Assembly: GCA_051362555.1 (NCBI GenBank) | Contig: CM120642.1 | Location: 13,578,001 to 13,642,000 of the forward strand | Direction: 5' to 3' | DNA from: Lingula anatina | Taxonomy: Eukaryota > Animalia > Brachiopoda | DNA: 64,000 nucleotides | Part shown: positions 48,155 through 59,400 of the stretch, one piece after another | How the letters are laid out: each line of letters begins with the position of its first letter | Numbering within the stretch: position 1 is the stretch's first letter | Program-made: the position numbers and the translations under genes | Notes under the pieces: model-generated | Told to the model about the DNA's origin: nothing | The model's input: the letters and a program-made list of their open reading frames with translations, nothing else | Databases searched by the model: none

Positions 48155-51100
48155 TGTAAAAGACTGTTATTCATATGTGACTGGCTCTCGAGGAGAAATA
48201 TCAGAAAAAATTCACATCCATTTTGTAATAAACAAAAGAGCATACTAAATGAAATTGCCTTATAATGTGTGTATGTTTAATTGTATCTCTTATAAGTCAT
48301 CTATAGTCTGTCATTGCTTCATGTAAAAAATTCATTTTATTTTTGAATTTCAGATTTAAAGGTTTTCCTCAATAATCTAGTGGAACATTATAAAAGCAAA
48401 GCTTTGATATTAGAATATTTAAAGGACATTGGTATTACCTGGAGGTAAATATTTTTGTGTAGAATTCTTTGTGGCAACAAATGCTTATTTATATTTGCTT
48501 TTTTGTAGAGAAATCTTTGTGTCAATCAATGTCATGTTTAATTCTTATTGTTAGTGAAGCTCATTGCTTATCGCCCACGTCAAGTCTTTTCTTGGTGACA
48601 AACTTAACTATTAATTGGACAGCTGCTGACATCACTGGATAGTTTTTTTTTAATGATGGCTTGGACTCCTGGAATTTTTGTTGAAAATTACAAGTGGTGA
48701 TTTTAAATGGCATGAATCCCCAGAAAAGTCTTGGTCCGTGTTATCATTTTCATATAGATTCCCATAAAAATCTGCAAAATCCTATTGCATGAAGGGCAAA
48801 CTTTAAAGTTGTCAGCTCACTGAATATCTTAAAGCAGGTAATAAGTTCAGAAAGGATCTAATTATTTTTAATTATTTTCTTTTTCACTGTCAGTGAAAGT
48901 ACCCTCAAGAGAAGGTTAAATGTTCTTGAAATCAAGCGACATGAACATGTCCCTGTCCAAGAATTAAGGGTAAGCAATAATTTTGATGCTCCCTACTTTG
49001 AATCAATCTGTATGTTGAAATAATATCTGTAGTATTTTGATCACTCAAGTCTTAGAATAGAGGAGATGGCATAAATACACCAACCAACCAGTACAGTACT
49101 AGTATATAGATATGTCTGATAGAAAGTCTGTTACAATCCAAAACTTAATTATCCCCCTTGTACAAATAAAATAAAAATATTGACATCTTACAGTGATTTA
49201 TATTTCCAATTATATTTAATAAGGTTATATACATAATAAATGGTCATTTTAATGTGTGAGTCATATCTTTTTATGAAGGATATTATTCAACAAGAATTCG
49301 TTGTTTGTGGGGGACTGGCAGGTGTAAGGCGAATATATGATCAGTGTCGCCAGAAATATCACAAGAAAGTAAAAAGGTTAGTTAAGCAAAGGATTAATTT
49401 TTGCAATTAAGCAGTTAATTAAAAAATGAAAGTAAAAATCTATTTTTGTTTCACTTCTATTAAATTATATTATTCTGTTACTCTATCCTAAGAATTGATG
49501 TGCAAGAGATATTGCATGAAGTTGATCATGAAGGTCGGAAACTAAGGATACGAAGGGCTTTAAATCGACGAGTTTTTAAATCACAGATAAATATTATTTT
49601 TATGTATAGACACAGAGACCTATCTGTCTTGATCATTTAAGCCATGCACTTTCAGCAATAACACAATATGTGGAAAACTATTTAGTCTTAAACCCTTTTC
49701 TGGTCACAAAAATTGCCAAGTCATCATACTGTCAGTTTCAACTAACTTAAGATTATAGAAAGATAATTGTATGATGGAGCCACTTATCAGTAAAAGTTGT
49801 TTGATTCGTTCATTTGAGGAATGTATCAGTCAGATTATTCACATGTATATACTTTCAAAATGACATTTAATTTTAGGTTTTCATGTGATAATATCAACTA
49901 TTTCTTTTCAGGGACCAAATTGGATTTGGTCTGTGGATGGTAATGACAAGTTTCAGTTCTTCCATATTTACATACATGGATGCTTTGATACATTTTCACG
50001 CAAATTTTTGTGTATGTATATAATGTACTGTTTTAAGTAAAAAACCAATTTGAAAAAACTCTATCCCTTATCTAACCACACACTACTGGGTTTAAAAGAG
50101 TTTACTAGTATTATCCATTTCTGATTTTGCCATTGTAACATACTAGTTTGGGGTATATTTCAACACTGTGGTCTTCTTAAACATCTGTGCTAATAGTTAC
50201 CGTTTTTTAATAGTCTGCCCTAATAGAACTAGAAGTGACCCAGGGACAGAGAATGTAGACTTAATTGAATGCCAAATGTTCCTAAGAAGAAATAGCAGTG
50301 ATCAGCATGCTTTCTCCGATAGTCACATCATGGGGCCTTCACCACTGAACCAGGTATGTAAATTTCTTATTATATTTACCCATTTGTCACAAGGATGTCT
50401 ATTAAAGCCTGTAGTTGGATCACGCACTATTCTGATGTCATGCAATTATTTCAGTGTTTCTGGTCAACTTTCCTAAAGAGAGTTTTAATCCGTTGGCATA
50501 TCATAGAATGACTGATAAATTCACAAGTATTATACTTTTCAGGGTTTGCACAGAGATGGTTGGTATGACAGACACAGTTGCATTGACAAGTGGTGCATGG
50601 TAATTGTTTACTTGCCTCTGATACAACATGATATAGATGCATTTCAACTGTGGTGGAACAACCACAAAATAAGACACCAAAGGCAGGTGTGGTTACCCAC
50701 TGGTGCTGCTCCAAATGACATTTATGCATTTCCACATTTATATGGTAAATTTGGCAATTTCAGTTACATGTTTAGCATATAAAAGATTGAAATATTTAAA
50801 ACTTAAGACATTTTTGTATTAAAAATCTTTTACTTTAAATATGAACACGTAGTCAATTTTACACATCACCATGTTCTTGTGGCATTGGCTATGTGACTAA
50901 ATGGAACAACTGGCTTAAGGTATATCAACCTACATATTTTATGCAATATATATTTGCAGGCGGTCACCAGTGTGGATTCACTGTCAGTGATAGAGATTTG
51001 GCAGAAGTTGCACGAGAAAAAACACTGAACTATGAACAATCTGCTCGTGTGCCACAGGACTTCTATAATGAAGCAACTAACTTCACTGCCACTAACCACT

Positions 51101-51198
51101 TGACAATAGAAATATCCACTGAAGAGGAGAGTTATATTCAACTAAGGAGACACTTCATCCTAGAAAGATCTGCATTACAGTCATCTACATATGTGTAA
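47222..51198 (+). pseudogene. Intron-rich IS3EU-type DDE transposase, partly decayed; exons 47222-47329, 47697-47814, 48354-48444, 48894-48969, 49279-49376, 49493-49586, 49912-50011, 50214-50353, about 50455-50510 (damaged), 50543-50744, 50960-51198
   Basis: Spliced product: Cys-rich N-terminus; HTH-like WSESTLKRRL and GVRRIYDQCR; RRALNRRVFKSQGPNWIWSVDGNDK...IHGCFDTFSRK; PNRTRSDPGTEN; GPSPLNQ; WWNNHKIR...LPTGAAPNDIY. Lesions: AT instead of GT donor at 49587, no RIE catalytic Glu, a stop in the damaged exon, and an apparently missing segment after SRKFL. Confidence 0.82.
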
Positions 51199-51304
51199 AA
51201 TGTAATATTAATGTTTCTGCACCAACCTGCAAATTCCAAATTGCTGTACAGGAAAAAAGAGAATAAAGAATCACAAAAGAGGTTATTTTCCTTTTTTTGA
51301 TACA

Positions 51305-53134
51305 TTAATACAATGCGCAACAGGCTACACAACCCATTTTTATGAAACCACAAGTTCTGTAAGACAAAAAGGTAAATTGGTTTTCCCTTGATGGTGTTAT
51401 CTCTTTATGTGCATGGAGATGCTGGTGTCACACCTGTCAGTACATAAAAATTCAACCACTTTTCAATAAACTTGACAATACATATAATTCAAAGTCTCTA
51501 TCCCAGCATAGCTGTCAAAACTACAAAAAAAGAATTTAAAAAATGCACAAAGTAGGTAACTGTCAATACTGATGCAAAATACAGTATGCTTAACAGGAAG
51601 TCGAACAGCATTGCAGGTATATGTCTGTTAGGAATATGTTACTAGCATACCCATGTCAGTTCAAATTCACAGTTAAAATATGCAAGCAAGAGAAATATGA
51701 ACATTCAAATAAAAATGCATAAATTTCAGAAAAAAAAACAATCAAGCTGGGTTCCCAATTTGATCTGTGCTTAAGAATTATTATTGGATTTTCAAACTTA
51801 TATGTCACTGTTTTTTCTTTATAATGTTACTATTGGCAGTACACAATTTGTTTTGCCAAATCTGATACAATTTTACGTAATGATACAACCTTGAACTGTC
51901 TATCATAATAGTATAATGTATAAAAGGTCACTGCCATTTGACTTCATGCCTTTGGGGGTTAAATCCCTCAATAAAAATGCTAATATTTAAAAAATATTGA
52001 ACGCACATAAAAGGCAGTCAAACTGGTGCAAGTCTAGGTACAATTCAGACCAAGAACCCTTTCAGTAGGTTTGAGAGCCACGAGTAGCATGACGTTTATG
52101 GCCATTAAGGTGAGAGTGACCAAAATTTATTTTCCCTCACTTTTGATGCTATATTACATAATGCTTAAGAGCATAATCACCACCAATTCTTAATTATGCA
52201 ATGCAGTTAAAATGGTATTTACAAAAAAATTAATTAGCAAAGGTATTCAGGCCCATGATATTTGAAAATTCCACTATGTTCACAAGTGAGAACTATAACT
52301 AATGAGTTTACTTCCATTTTCAACAATTAAGTCAATGATAAAAACAGCACAACTTTAATAAAATTGTCCTATCATTTTTGATTACCAGTTTGCTCCTTCC
52401 TATTCAAGTTCAGTAGTAACAATGGGTGTATCTCTGCTAATTTTGGTGTATTTTACATTTTATTTTCACATCTGAATATTGGATGTTGAACTATTTGATA
52501 CAGAACAATGCCCGAGCCCTAACGAAAAAAATAAAAAATACAAAAAACCTGCAGTGTTGCGCATGCAAAGCTCTACAAAATGAAAAAACAAGGTCTCTAG
52601 CAATGATGGTTCCAGAATTAGAGAGTTTTTAGTTTGGCATCTAATAGCCACTACTCGTCTGAAAATGCCCCAATTGACCCCAAACTCACGAAGATCAAAG
52701 ATTACCCTAAGGGTAACACCTGCCCATTGTATTATAGATTAGATCTGTTTAGTTTCTGAAAATAGACAATAATAACTGTTTTCCACAAGAAAGTTAGCAA
52801 TTTTAGAAAAATGTGACCTGTTTGACCTTGAAATAATGCGCTCTAGGAGGAGAAGCGGTAACGGTGACTTGTAGTTCACGACACCCTGCAGAGCCATATG
52901 AGATAGGTCGGGACTAAAGCCATGAATACTGCCAGCGTACATGCTGGTGGTACTAAAGAGTGTTTTTTTTAAATATTCTAGCTCCATAAAATCCCTTCTC
53001 ATCGTGGCATTGGCCTAGCATGGAGCCAATATCCCAGTCTGTTGGGCGGTTTTCCCTTTACAAATGACATCCTCCTCTTCATGTTCGGTGCAATGTCGGC
53101 ATTTTGAACAGCCCCTCCCTGCCTCATTCGCCAA
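51305..53134 (-). pseudogene. Degenerate second (convergent) gene of the transposon
   Basis: TTG-GCG start surrogate at 53134 reading ANEAGRGCSKCRHCTEHEEEDVICK, an open stretch at 53002-52739, splice-like signals, and a stop-interrupted terminal exon at 51520-51305. Confidence 0.45.
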
Positions 53135-53822
53135 TGCTTTTTTCTTTCTCGCACTTTCTCGCGAGATTTTGTGTTTTTTTTTAAATTTCATCTTGAAAAT
53201 GAAACACGATTGACCTCTCGGGATTTCGCGCGACCACGCGGGATTACGCGCGATCTCGCGGGATTACACGCGATCTCGCCAAATTCCGCAATTTTTTTTT
53301 CAAAAAAAAATTTTTTTTCAATTTTTTTTTTTCAAATTTTTTTTTTTTTCAAATTTTTTTTTTCAAATTTTTTTTTTCAAATTTTTTTTTCCGCTTGGCC
53401 CTCCTGGGATTCCATAAATTATGATTAGTCAAGAGTTTAACAAACACGAATACTGTCCATCTCCAGCCAGCCTATCAGTGCTATGAATGTGTGGTAACAG
53501 GTTTTTCTTCTGCCGCATTGCACGAGTGCGTAGTACACATATAGCCATGATAAAGATAAATTTGTTTTCTCTGTTATATTATTCTTTATTTATTTAGGCT
53601 CAAGTATCTGACTGTTGTGTTATGGTTACAACAGGCTGAAACATTGCACCTTAATGCAGACTGCATGCAACCTGATTCATAAAATATATTTTTATGACAA
53701 CAAGTAGCTCTTGCTGACATATATCATCTGATTTTTTTAATTAGCATGGCTACGAGCGTTCCTATCTCCCTTTGCCAGTTACCTTTCTACTACGCGCAAT
53801 CAATATACCTCTGTCGCTATCT

Positions 53823-54019
53823 CAGGCCCGTAGCCGGGGGGGGGGGGGGGGGGGGGGGGCGGGGGGGGGGGGCGTCGGAGGGTTCGAAAGAACCGCCCCT
53901 TTTGTCAGGAAGAGGTCTATTTTGGGTAAAATTTTATCTATGTATACTAAAGTTTTCTTGTTAAAGGCTCACTTCTTCAGAAAAAGAACCCCCTTATGAA
54001 TTTGCTGGCTACGGGCCTG
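53823..54019. mobile_element. 197-bp MITE with CAGGCCCGTAGCC TIRs and a poly-G tract
   Basis: caggcccgtagcc...ggctacgggcctg, flanked on both sides by TATCT. Confidence 0.75.
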
Positions 54020-56428
54020 TATCTGTTAGTCCAAGGAAGGTAGGCTAATACCTGTTGCAGATATATCCATGTTTGATCTGGACTGAGACGTGGACCTTTA
54101 GTGTCTGACTTTAGGACCTAGCTCTGTCTGTTTAGTTGGTTTTCACACTTGATTCATGAGCATTGTAACAGCACTAATAACTTGTCCTTGTATTACATAT
54201 ATTGGATTTAAAAACATACATATCCGCTTTATTGTTGTCTATTTCTGTGTTTTATCGTGCACTGTGAGAATTTTTCTTCGACTACTAATGATAAAATTTT
54301 TTTTACTCTGTGCTCTAATAACGAAAGCACTTACGAAAAAGTAAAGATCATGTAGAATATATCTAAGATAGAGATAAAATGCCAATCAAACATGTTTAAG
54401 GCAATGGTGGCAAGCAAAATCAGTGCACTATACATGTATTCAAGGTCTACAATGTAGACACCGCAAGCCTACGAGCGCATGCCACGGGCACCTTAATCAG
54501 TATGCCTTATTTCACTATCCAGTAGGTGTACAGCTTCTCTCCCACTTCAGACAGACCATAAAACGATAACTATGCATGGCAGTGACCTAACAACCTTTTA
54601 AGTGGCATGCGTTACCTTCCTCTTCAACCAGGTAGAAATTAGTCTTAATTAGAGCTCGAGGAAGATGAATGTAAATAATCGCATACAAGTCAACAGATTT
54701 TTAAAAAAAATCTCTTAAAAAAAAAGTCTAATTGCATAGCCCACCCCGACGTGATGCTGGTCCTTACAATTATAATGATATTACGGCAGCATTTCTAACC
54801 TCTTGTTGACTTGCCTAAGTGAGCGTGAACCTTTTAGCTATAACATTTTCATAGTGCTGCACAAGCCACTGTCACATACCTTGAGCTAAAGGATAGATGC
54901 TTGCCAAGGTTAACATTTTCTTCCGAGCACCTGCTTCAATATTTTAATGTTACGCCATTTAACATTACCACGCTTAATTAACCTGGTTATAACATGAATA
55001 CTACTTTATACTTGGAACTGAAAGATCGCCGGTTAGTTTTCTACAATGTCAAACGGCTTTTAATGCTGTATCGAGGATGAAATTTCGCCGATTTTTAATA
55101 CTGCGACATCGTTATTGCGTCAGTCAATTTGATGGGGGGGGGGGGGGGGGGGGGGGGTGTACCCTCTTCACCAAGATAAAATATTTATTTTCAATGATAT
55201 AATTTCATCGAATGAAACAAACTTATAGTGACAAAATACAATATACAAAAACTACCCTTCTGTCCAAAAATTGTTTCTATATGTGCCGAGCGATCTCTGT
55301 ATGTGCGGGAAACACTTGACCGGCTTTCGTCATACTGTAATTATAATGCAGTAGATATGATGCAGTTTTGTCGGTGGTTTTTTATTTTCTTTTAAACAAC
55401 ATCTAGAAAGCCTGGAACGGTTACACTGCATTGCGGTAGTTGTTACGTTTGCTTAGATCACGCAGTCCGAGTAAGTATTATATGCACAATGGTGCTTTCA
55501 TATTGTTGTCTCGTTGATAGAGGATTATTTTAACTTACAGGAGAGTTTTCAAATTAAAGCAGATTAAAACAGCAGAACATACTTGTGAATAGCACGAACA
55601 TTTTTTACAAAATATGTACTCATTAGTGAGAACAAAAACCGATAAAATGTGTCTATATAAAGAAAATTGAATTATTGTATTATTTGTGTTTGGAATTCAC
55701 ACTGTGCTTAATACTACTAGTTTAGAGAGTATGTAAACTACCTTAAATTCTTAATTTTAATTAATTTTAATTATCCAAGCCTAAGTTTATAGTCTGACAA
55801 AAAGTGGAGGTAGAGTTCCTGACAGTACTTGAAAGATGCATATTTTAACACATTTGCCAGGTGAAATATGGATAACGAAATCCAATAGGCTGTGCAGAAC
55901 GTTACATGGAGCCAAAAGTTAGATTTCCTAGCAAGTTATCACACTTTCGATAGTTTCTTTGAACAGCGATATGAAAATTTGCCAGCAACTTGATTTTTCA
56001 AAATAGTCACTGTGATAGCTCTAATTTTAAGTAACGCGCTAGATGGTGCCAGAATTCTATTCAAAAGCAAAATGAAATCAAGTATAAGACAGACTTTATT
56101 TCCTGATTAATATTCCTTTCTGTTCATACCAAATAAGAAATAAGACTTTGATATTCTTCTATGGTCATAAATTGCAATTTGTAATATTCTCCCAAACCAA
56201 GGATCCATTCTGCAATTAAATGTAGGCCTTTTTTTTCAAATCTTCAAAGTGATTTCATGTGTAGGCCTTATTAAGGTGCATATATAGTTCCAGCCCAAAT
56301 GTCAAGGTTCTATACACAATTTAATCGCAATGTCTCAGGCAAGTTTTATTTATGTCATGTAGTGTTTGACTGAATAATGATTATACAGCTTTTTTCTTTA
56401 AATTTCCTCTTCTGTAGCATTCACACAT

Positions 56429-59400
56429 TTAGCCAACGAGAAGTTTCCTCAGATTCATCCCTCTCTTGCACTTCCGGTTCCAGAAAGTCAACTGACCGAG
56501 ATCAAAGACGTCCTCCGAGTTGCAGCAGAGATACGTCTTTGATGCATAGGTGCTCAGTTCTTCCCCGCAGTCCTCCCCGGGGTTGTAGAACACTACCACT
56601 CTCTTCCCTGGGGGGTCAATGCGATGGTTGTACGTCTCGCACATAATCTGACCCATTGATTTGTAGACTGGAGCCTGAGCCGAATTCTCCACCAGAAGCC
56701 TGGCATCAAGCCCAAGGCTATCTCCCACGATGATCCTTGCCAGACGTTCGCAGTCGGCCGGGCAGTTGCGAAGTACTTTAAGGCAAGTGAGGAGGTCCCT
56801 TTGGTTGTCTATGACTTCGCGTTTGCGCCGAGTGTTGTAGAAGTTGGGGTACTTGTCCGTGATGACATAAGCGGCGCTCTCGTTGCCATACATGTCTGTA
56901 GCCCACAAGGTCTTGTGGCCGTAGATCAAGGTCGGGAGGTCAAATAAGATCGGACCCTGAGCCGTGCTGTTGGTTTCTGCTCTGAGTCGGCATCGGCAGC
57001 TGTTTGAAGAAAAAGACAAAAGGGCCATTGTAGATGCCAATGGTGTTAAATGTAGCTTTCTACAATGTTGCTCGTAAGAGAAATGATTTAATTTTGAATA
57101 ATACAGTAACGTTGCAACAATTTTGCAGCCAAACAGAATGTTTTATTACTGGGTGGAAAGTCCTCGCAACTTTCTTAGGTCACAATTGAAATGCACGCGA
57201 GGTAAATAATATGTATATAGAACATAGTTTAGGTTTGTGATGGATGATGATGCACTGAGAATCGTATAATTCTCACCGTCTAATGTTTGTATCGGTTGGT
57301 TTCTCATCTAGAATGGAAAGGAATGTATTAGTTCTACCTTAAAATTAATAAAATACCCTATAATTGTGCATACGCCAGAAATGATGAATGCGAATCAAAC
57401 GTCATTAATGCTCTTTTAAGAAAAAAAAAAGGTTTTTGAATTACCAAGTGCCAAAAATGTTCACCTGAATAATGCAACAAAAATTTTTAGTTTAGTGACA
57501 ATAAGGTAATTAGAATACTAAGAACCGAAATATGGCAAGGAAAAAACCATTTGTTAAAGATATTATTAAGTACCAATAAAAACATCCATTACCATGGCAA
57601 TTAAACCCGTCCCCAGCATAGCCCACGTTGCACACGCATTCAAACGAGCCACGTGTATTGATGCACGTCGCGTGCTGCGAGCAAGGATTTCTTTTACACT
57701 CATTGGCGTCCTGGTCTGAAAATATAAAAAAATGACGTAAGTAACCACTATGTAATTGTCATCAGTCATGCACTTTCTGCCAGTAAATTACGTGTACAGC
57801 GCTCTTGTACGTGTGCGTACTGGTCAAGTGCGTGTAAATTAAGGATGTACATGAACTGAATGACATGTACTGATGTGACCTTCAATATAGCGTGGCTTTG
57901 TATGGAAATACATGTGAAGTGGAAGTTTTTATGCAAGCGACGCAACCACAGAACAAGCTAAATCTGACAGGAACACATACCACAAGTAAGTTTATCATTC
58001 CCAAGCTCCCAGCTGACGGGACAACTGCAGATGGCGCCAGTGTTACTATCAGTACAGTTATGACTGCATCCGCCATTGTTGATCCGGCATGTGCTGACTG
58101 GAAGAGAAGATCAAAAAATAATGAATCACATGATCATGGCAAAAATAAATGTTTGTGAGAGAAGGTGGCGCTTTAATATAATATGAAATTTGTTGAACTC
58201 AATTTGCATTAGGCAGTTATATTTAACGGTTCGAGAAGTTGATAACGTGTGGTAAAATTTTAAGTAACGTAATATTTTATTTAGTACAAACTTTGTTATT
58301 CGAAATCATAACAGAAGAATGATTGGCATAACAGTGTTTAAAAATTCCGAGGGACTTTTCTTTACTAAGGGTTGCTGTACTTAATTACACCAAAACTTCT
58401 TACTGCACGTTTCTTTATCTTCCGCTAACACTAGATTTGCCGGGCAACCACAGGATATTTTCCCCTTATTGTCAGCTACACAGAAATGACTGCAACCACC
58501 ATTTTGGTAAAGGCATGGAGTTACTGAAAATAATGACTTATATTGATGACATTGATTTTTAGATATGTGCTGTTTCAAGAAAGCTCCGCTGTTTAGGCCT
58601 AGTGATAGACATTTTCTTTTCACAGATCAAAACCAGAGACAACATGCAAGTTTGGATCTACTGTGCCATGTGATATGTTTTCCTGCCAAAGTTTATTCCT
58701 TTGTTGAGCTGGTTATAAGATTAAAATGCAACAAAAATAAAACAACTATAAAAAGCATACATGTATAAAATTTCTTTTGGCGTTTGACACACATTTCTGT
58801 ATCTAGTACCAGCAAGAGCTTGTACATGCATTAAGTGATTCAAGTTAAACTTGTTATAACGCGGTTACAACCTACACGAACTCATCTGAGGTATTACCAC
58901 AAATCTTCTTATCTCTTGCCAGAACCAGTGCAGGTGGACATGTACATGTGATGGTAGCATTCACGTCACTATGGCAACTGTGACTACACCCACCATTGTC
59001 TATGTCACATGGGGGTACTGTAAATGAACGTACTGTGATGATACACGGAGATGGGTGGGCACGGATCAGATTTTTGACTACACCCCTCATTTTTTATATC
59101 CATGATCCGAATAGTAGATCACTGGTGCTTCAATTACTAAGGCTCAGACATTTTATCTTTTACTTGCTGGTAACTATACGTGGCTATACTCTGAATACAA
59201 AATTGTAGCGGTAAATGACTAAGCACTTAAGAATATGAGACGATACATTAATTTTGTACTTATTTTATTAAGAGAGGACAAAAACGCTGTAAATCGCCCC
59301 CCTTGCATGCGAATAATGCTATTAATAGATGGCGTATGGGGGGCCCAAGCACAGAAATGGATCTTACAGCACGTGTTCTTGTCCTCTGCCAGCACCAGGT

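Larger units (their letters stand above)
46930..53416. mobile_element. IS3EU-type DDE DNA transposon, 6487 bp, long TIRs, 6-bp TSD AATTAT
   Basis: AATTAT|TATGGAATCCCAGGAGGGCCAAGCG...CGCTTGGCCCTCCTGGGATTCCATA|AATTAT. The TIRs are about 200 bp (A/T-tract spacer, then gcgagatcgcgtgtaatcccgcgagatcgcgcgtaatc), with weaker symmetry to about 290 bp. An integrase-type gene lies inside. TAY..RTA ends and a 6-bp TSD fit IS3EU as I recall the superfamily. Confidence 0.88.

Noticed and set aside
51410-51480. HECT-like reading FIEKWLNFYVLTGVTPASP on the minus strand
   Set aside because: A very short match bounded by stops, with no other HECT motifs seen.
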